Shown here: piece by piece, positions 43,572 through 45,090 of the stretch | Layout: the number at the start of each line of letters is the position of its first letter | How positions within the stretch are numbered: the stretch's first letter is position 1 | From: Erysipelotrichaceae bacterium | GTDB lineage: Bacteria > Bacillota_I > Bacilli_A > RFN20 > CAG-826 | NCBI GenBank assembly: GCA_031271635.1 | Contig: JAISVG010000084.1 | Span: 1-45,090 of the forward strand | Direction: 5' to 3' | DNA length: 45,090 bases | Notes under the pieces: model-generated | Told to the model about the DNA's origin: nothing | Seen by the model: only the letters and a program-made list of their open reading frames with translations | Database searches by the model: none | Position numbers and translations under genes: made by a program

Positions 43572-44216
43572 ATGCTAGAGAAGAAAATCCATTTGCCTTT
43601 ACTAAATGTTAAAGGTGAAAAGGTCAAAGATGTGACCTTAAAAAACGAAGTCTTTAATGTTGAAATGAATAAAGACGCCGTTTATTCTGATGTTAAAGTT
43701 TATCATTCAAATCTAAGACAAGCGACTGCAAAAACGAAAACGAGATCAGAAGTAAATGGTGGAGGTCGTAAACCCTTCCGCCAAAAAGGGACCGGACAGG
43801 CTCGAGCGGGTTCTTCACGTTCCCCGATCTGGGTCGGTGGCGGTAATATCTTTGGACCTCGAGGCAATCAAAACTTTAAACTCAAACAAAACCGTAAAGT
43901 GCATCGCTTAGCCTTAAAAGCCGTCTTAAGTGAAAAAGTCAAAAGCGGTTTAATCGTGGTTGATGAAATGAAATTAGAAACAAATAAAACGAAAGAATTA
44001 CTCGCAGTGCTTAAAGCCCTTAAAGTAGGCAAAAAAGCAATCTTAGTTGTTGGTTATGAAGATGAAGTTGCTAATCTTGCTCTTGCAAGCCGTAACCTTC
44101 CTTTATTAACGGATGTTATCTATCCAGAACAACTCACTACTTATGATGTGCTTTACACTGATAGCTTAATTCTTACAAGCAAGGCTCTTGCGGCCTTAGA
44201 GGAGGTTTTAGGCTAA
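43572..44216 (+). CDS. rplD: 50S ribosomal protein L4
   Basis: GGGRKPFRQKGTGQARAGSSRSPIWVGGG. Confidence 0.95.
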   Translation: MLEKKIHLPLLNVKGEKVKDVTLKNEVFNVEMNKDAVYSDVKVYHSNLRQATAKTKTRSEVNGGGRKPFRQKGTGQARAGSSRSPIWVGGGNIFGPRGNQNFKLKQNRKVHRLALKAVLSEKVKSGLIVVDEMKLETNKTKELLAVLKALKVGKKAILVVGYEDEVANLALASRNLPLLTDVIYPEQLTTYDVLYTDSLILTSKALAALEEVLG

Positions 44217-44217
44217 T

Positions 44218-44580
44218 ATGGCTCGTGCAAAGAAACCAGAAGTGGTCGAAACTAAAAAAGCAGAAAAATTATTAAAACCAACTCTTAAGGAGTTAGAGGT
44301 AATAATTGAACCAGTTTATACTGAAAAAGCCATGCTTGCTAATCAAGCGGGAAATACAGTGACCTTTAAAGTGAGAAAAGACGCGAATCGCTTAGAGATT
44401 AAGAAGGCCATTCAAGCGCTTTATAATGTGAATGTTGAAAAAGTAAGAGTGATTAATGTCCACGCAAAAGAAGTCATGAAGGATCGCCGTCATAAAGGTA
44501 CTGTTTCCGGTTATAAAAAAGCCATTGTGAAATTGCAAGAAGGCAGCACCATTAGTTTATTTGAGGATAAAGGAGAATAG
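44218..44580 (+). CDS. rplW: 50S ribosomal protein L23 (with a ~25-aa basic N-terminal extension)
   Basis: [10 protein letters not shown]...[32 protein letters not shown]. The ATG lies 1 nt after the rplD stop, with GAGGAGG upstream. Confidence 0.9.
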   Translation: MARAKKPEVVETKKAEKLLKPTLKELEVIIEPVYTEKAMLANQAGNTVTFKVRKDANRLEIKKAIQALYNVNVEKVRVINVHAKEVMKDRRHKGTVSGYKKAIVKLQEGSTISLFEDKGE

Positions 44581-44582
44581 TT

Positions 44583-45090
44583 ATGCCGATTAGAACATAT
44601 AAACCTTATACCCCATCACGTCGTAATATGTCGAATTCGACTTTTAGCGAAATCACGACCGCAACTCCAGAAAAGAGTCTTCTTGAATCTTTATCTAAAA
44701 GTGGTGGCCGTAATAATCAAGGAGTCATCACGACAAGACATGTTGGTGGAGGCCATAAAAGAAAGTATCGTATTATCGATTTTAAAAGAGATAAGGACAA
44801 TATTCCAGCTACAGTTAAGACGATTGAGTATGATCCTAATCGGAATGCTAATATCTCATTAGTAGTCTATAAGGATGGTGAAAAAAGATATATCCTTGCT
44901 CCTTTAGGCTTACAAGTAGGAACCGTCATTTATTCGGGCGATAATGTTGACATTAAAGTTGGTAACGCCTTACCTTTAGATAACATTCCTGAAGGTAGTG
45001 TCGTTCATAACATCGAACTAGTTCCTGGAAAAGGCGGACAAATGGCCCGTGCAGCAGGAACCTCGGCCCAAGTCCTTGGTAAAGAAGGAA
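44583..45090 (+). CDS. rplB: 50S ribosomal protein L2, 5' part (runs off the right window edge)
   Basis: [17 protein letters not shown]...[29 protein letters not shown]. The frame is open to the end of the window. Confidence 0.95.
   Translation, partial: MPIRTYKPYTPSRRNMSNSTFSEITTATPEKSLLESLSKSGGRNNQGVITTRHVGGGHKRKYRIIDFKRDKDNIPATVKTIEYDPNRNANISLVVYKDGEKRYILAPLGLQVGTVIYSGDNVDIKVGNALPLDNIPEGSVVHNIELVPGKGGQMARAAGTSAQVLGKEG

Noticed and set aside
1-45090. CRISPR arrays, rRNA genes, IS elements with terminal inverted repeats, and genetic code 4 (UGA = Trp)
   Set aside because: No spaced direct-repeat arrays or rRNA-like segments were seen. No transposase-like ORF is present. RF2 is present and several conserved genes terminate in TGA, so UGA is a stop codon.

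Overview
This is a low-GC bacterial chromosome segment that uses the standard bacterial code. UGA is a stop codon, and prfB is present with its programmed +1 frameshift. Gene content and order fit a Bacillota/Mycoplasmatota lineage of the Acholeplasma/Erysipelotrichia grade, but I cannot name the organism from sequence alone. The supporting blocks are prfA-prmC-tsaC-rpiB-comFA-comFC, secA-prfB-yitT-uvrB, secG, folD and the start of the S10 ribosomal protein operon. The left arm (1-8.7 kb) carries a lipoprotein endonuclease, a four-gene SPFH/zinc-ribbon membrane operon (ydjGHI-like), a divergent zinc-ribbon membrane gene pair, an M29 aminopeptidase, a CvpA-like protein and tRNA-Ala. The centre (21.49-34.28 kb) is the main item: a ~12.8 kb element integrated into the 3' end of tRNA-Leu(UAG). 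It is bounded by a 17-nt perfect (22 nt with 1 mismatch) direct repeat. It encodes a tyrosine integrase, a Rep_trans-like rolling-circle initiator, a polytopic-membrane P-loop NTPase, a 688-aa signal-peptide/C-terminal-anchor protein, several small membrane or basic proteins, and a divergent XRE repressor co-transcribed with a zinc-finger PD-(D/E)XK-like nuclease. Nothing in it looks like a tailed-phage or conjugation gene. I read it as a temperate, membrane-assembling, non-tailed virus-like element (plasmavirus-like or large inovirus-like) that I cannot assign to a described family. The right arm carries two tandem, translationally coupled MgtE paralogs, an AlkD-like repair protein, an XRE-HTH/pentapeptide-repeat fusion, a Big_2 surface protein and rpsJ-rplC-rplD-rplW-rplB(partial). 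All family assignments come from motif recognition by eye; no searches were run.
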